Positions 61,609 to 64,000 of a stretch of DNA of 64,000 nucleotides are shown here, piece by piece. Origin of the DNA: Moniliella sp. 'wahieum' (taxonomy: Eukaryota). How positions within the stretch are numbered: position 1 is the stretch's first letter; the number at the start of each line of letters is the position of its first letter. The position numbers and the translations under genes are program-made. Under the pieces are notes generated by a model. It was given only the letters and a program-made list of their open reading frames with translations, had not been told where the DNA came from and did not search any database. Where the stretch lies: assembly GCA_003971905.1 (NCBI GenBank), contig RSEE01000061.1, positions 186,001 to 250,000 of the forward strand, given 5' to 3'.

Positions 61609-62700
61609 GCAGGAAGGACGGTGAAGGTGAAGGTTAGGGAATCCGGTGATTCAACCGTCCTTTTACCAGCTCTTGGAGCGGTGTGGTATTTGTTTTTTGA
61701 ATTTGTTTTGCTCTTGTTTGTTTGTTTGTCTGTTTGTTTGCTTGCCGCAATGGGCCTCGTCGTTCCTTTTCTATCGTCTTTTCCGTTCGTTTTCTTCTCT
61801 TCTCTTCCTCTTCCATGGCCTTGTGCTACTTGCTCTGTTGCTTGCACTGTTTTTGCCAAGTTTGATAATGGCCCCACCCTTGCTTGTGAGATGGGAAAAT
61901 CCTTGTGCTTTTGCTCACTTGCTGCCCTTCGTGGGCTCGTTCGTTCGATATACGTGAAGAGAGCGGCGCAGAAGGACACGGTCGATGAGACCACCTCGGC
62001 GTAGTTTACTGCGGTATCCTCACTACTTTTCCTTTATACTAGCGGCCAAGCGGTTGCCTCTGCGAGGGGAGCTACATCCGACCCAACCCGAAGTAAGCGC
62101 CTCGCCCGATCGAATTCCCAAAAGGCACAAGGAATACGAGAGAACACTAATCATGGGCTTTCGAAGTTATCGATCTTAGTATCTGTTACTGGGATGAATG
62201 ATGAAAAGCTGTGGTCGGAGCACATCTTGGTTGCTGGTGTGTCGTACAAAACCTCTACACTTTCGTGGTGCGTTTTGTTTGCCCAGGGCCACGTCGACAC
62301 ATCCATCCACCCATTTCAATACATTGCGTGACGGACAGGGCAGAAAACATTCTCTATAGCGCGGTGAAGTGGCATCCCGAAAGAGTCGCTTGGGGGGGAG
62401 AGCCTGGTATATAATCAAAGGGGACAGTGGCGAAGGAGCGAGCCCCGCCCCGCACACGAGCAAGGCGAAACGTTACGGGCGAAGGATGTGGACCACATAA
62501 TCGACCCAGGGCGCCAACTCGCCTGTGGGTTCGAGGCGTGTGGCCCATTGGATTCCGGAGGGAGCGCGGGAAAATGCGAGGAGGGGAGGATACGCACCGT
62601 TCCCTCTCTCTTCCAAAACACAGATGACGCACCCCTCGATACGGATACGAATGAAACAACCGGGGTACAAAAGGCGGAAAAGAACAGAAGCACCATATAC

Positions 62701-63764
62701 TCAAAGCAGTCCGCATTCCCTCAAGTTGTTGGAGAGAATTGTATCGTTGACCGCAGTCATGACAAACTTGATCTGCTGGGTATCGGTGGCGCACGTGTAG
62801 TGGGTGTAGATCTGTTTGGCGCGGTTCTGGTTGAGGCGGACAAACTGTTGGGTCAAGAACTCGAGGGCGGCATTGTAGTCCGAACCTCCGGTAAAATCGG
62901 CAAAGTAGTTGGACAAAGGCGAAGTGGACAGCTTCTGCTCAAAGAGATCAATCTTGTTCATAAAGAGGATGATGGACGAGGCAGAGAACCATCGGGAATT
63001 GCAAATCGAGTCGAACAGCATCAAGGCCTCGTGCATCCGGTTGACGTTGGCATCCTCATACAGTGCCTGGTCGTATTCCGAAACGGCAACCAAAAACAAA
63101 TAGCTGTGACCCCGTCAAAACAGTGGATCCACTTTTTGCGCTCGGAACGCTGGCCGCCCACATCAAGCAGTTTGTACGTCAACCTGCCGATCTCAAAGGT
63201 GGTTTCCGTAATTCCCGTCGTCTTGACCCGGGAGCGCAGTACGTCTTGGTCCGTGGGCATGTAGTCGGCGGCGCCAATGCGAGCAATTGCATCAAAGTAA
63301 TAGGGCGCCGAGTCGTTCAGCTGGAACTCGCGAGAGCGCGCAAAGCAAGCGAGGATCCAGCATCATGCCACAGCACATCGACAGCTTGCATCAGCGCGGG
63401 GGGCATCACGCTAGCCTCAATTTGGCTCGGGGCGGCAAGGACCACCTCTCGGCGCCGGCACGGCGTGGGCCTCGGCAAGGGGCAAATCCAGTACCTCCAT
63501 CGCCTCCAACAGCACCTTCATGCTTTGCACCGTGTTGGAAAAGATGATCTCCTTGTACGACTCGCGCTCAGACACCGAGTAGGGGCCGTGGTGAATGAGT
63601 TTCATTTGTTTCAGCACCGTGCTCTTCCCCGACTCGCCAGCGCCGAGGAGAAGAAGCTTGACCTCGCGGCGCTGTGCCAGGCGGTCGTTCTTCAGCTGGG
63701 CGTCGATCGCATCGTTGCGTGCTGCTGCTACCGTCTCGTCGGGGCGGGAGGAGATGCAGCCCAT
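62701..63764 (-). CDS. Heterotrimeric G-protein alpha subunit, group I (Gi-like); no intron seen; frameshifts
   Basis: MGC N-terminus; [56 protein letters not shown]. Confidence 0.97.
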
Positions 63765-64000
63765 GGCGGAGGGGTGGTGGGGTGGGACAGCGGTTGGTCG
63801 AGCGAATCTAGACGGAGGCAGCGAAGACGAGGGATGGTTAATCAGTGGGAGGTGATCGAGGTATCGATCCTCGACCCCGTCCTATTCTATTCTAGTCAAT
63901 ATCAATAGTAGCGCTTCAATGAAGTCTCAGATCGCAGGGCCTCAGGGCTTCAGGGTTCGGCGCTTCAGAAGCGCGCCACATGTTGCACTGGTGCACTAGG

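Noticed and set aside
61621..62004. Hydrophobic ORF suggesting a membrane protein
   Set aside because: Arises from a T-rich 3' region with a (TTTG)n microsatellite downstream of the DH gene.
22188..63764. Mating-type locus (Ime2/Crk1 kinase plus G-alpha)
   Set aside because: No pheromone, STE3 receptor or homeodomain genes were seen.

Overview
Gene-dense, GC-rich eukaryotic DNA from a fungus, most likely a basidiomycete yeast (inferred from protein style and short introns). About 30 genes can be supported. They are mostly housekeeping: SmF, 14-3-3, thiamine pyrophosphokinase, Tof1/Timeless, RPL5, RPL15, an Ime2/Crk1 kinase, mitochondrial bL33, PCNA, an E2, RNA Pol III subunit 2, LCL3, a RING-CH E3, citrate carrier, SRP9, eIF5A, tRNA-Tyr, GH43, ISA1, Med19, kynurenine aminotransferase, a DH/PH protein and G-alpha. 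Many essential genes carry single-base frameshifts, so the assembly appears to be unpolished long-read sequence and gene ends are approximate. Most notable observations: (1) a solitary Ty3/Gypsy-type gag with no visible pol or LTR; (2) a decayed copy of the essential exosome gene RRP41 next to a NYN/PIN nuclease gene in a lower-GC block; (3) a recurrent telo-box-like CTAGGGTTR promoter motif at housekeeping, often bidirectional, promoters; (4) MCB clusters at PCNA and TOF1; (5) a strongly constrained GTACGT splice donor in an intron-poor genome; (6) a family of 7-bp-period intergenic tandem repeats; (7) a coiled-coil protein with a CC1-box-like motif that appears only after splicing. All identifications are by eye; no searches were run.
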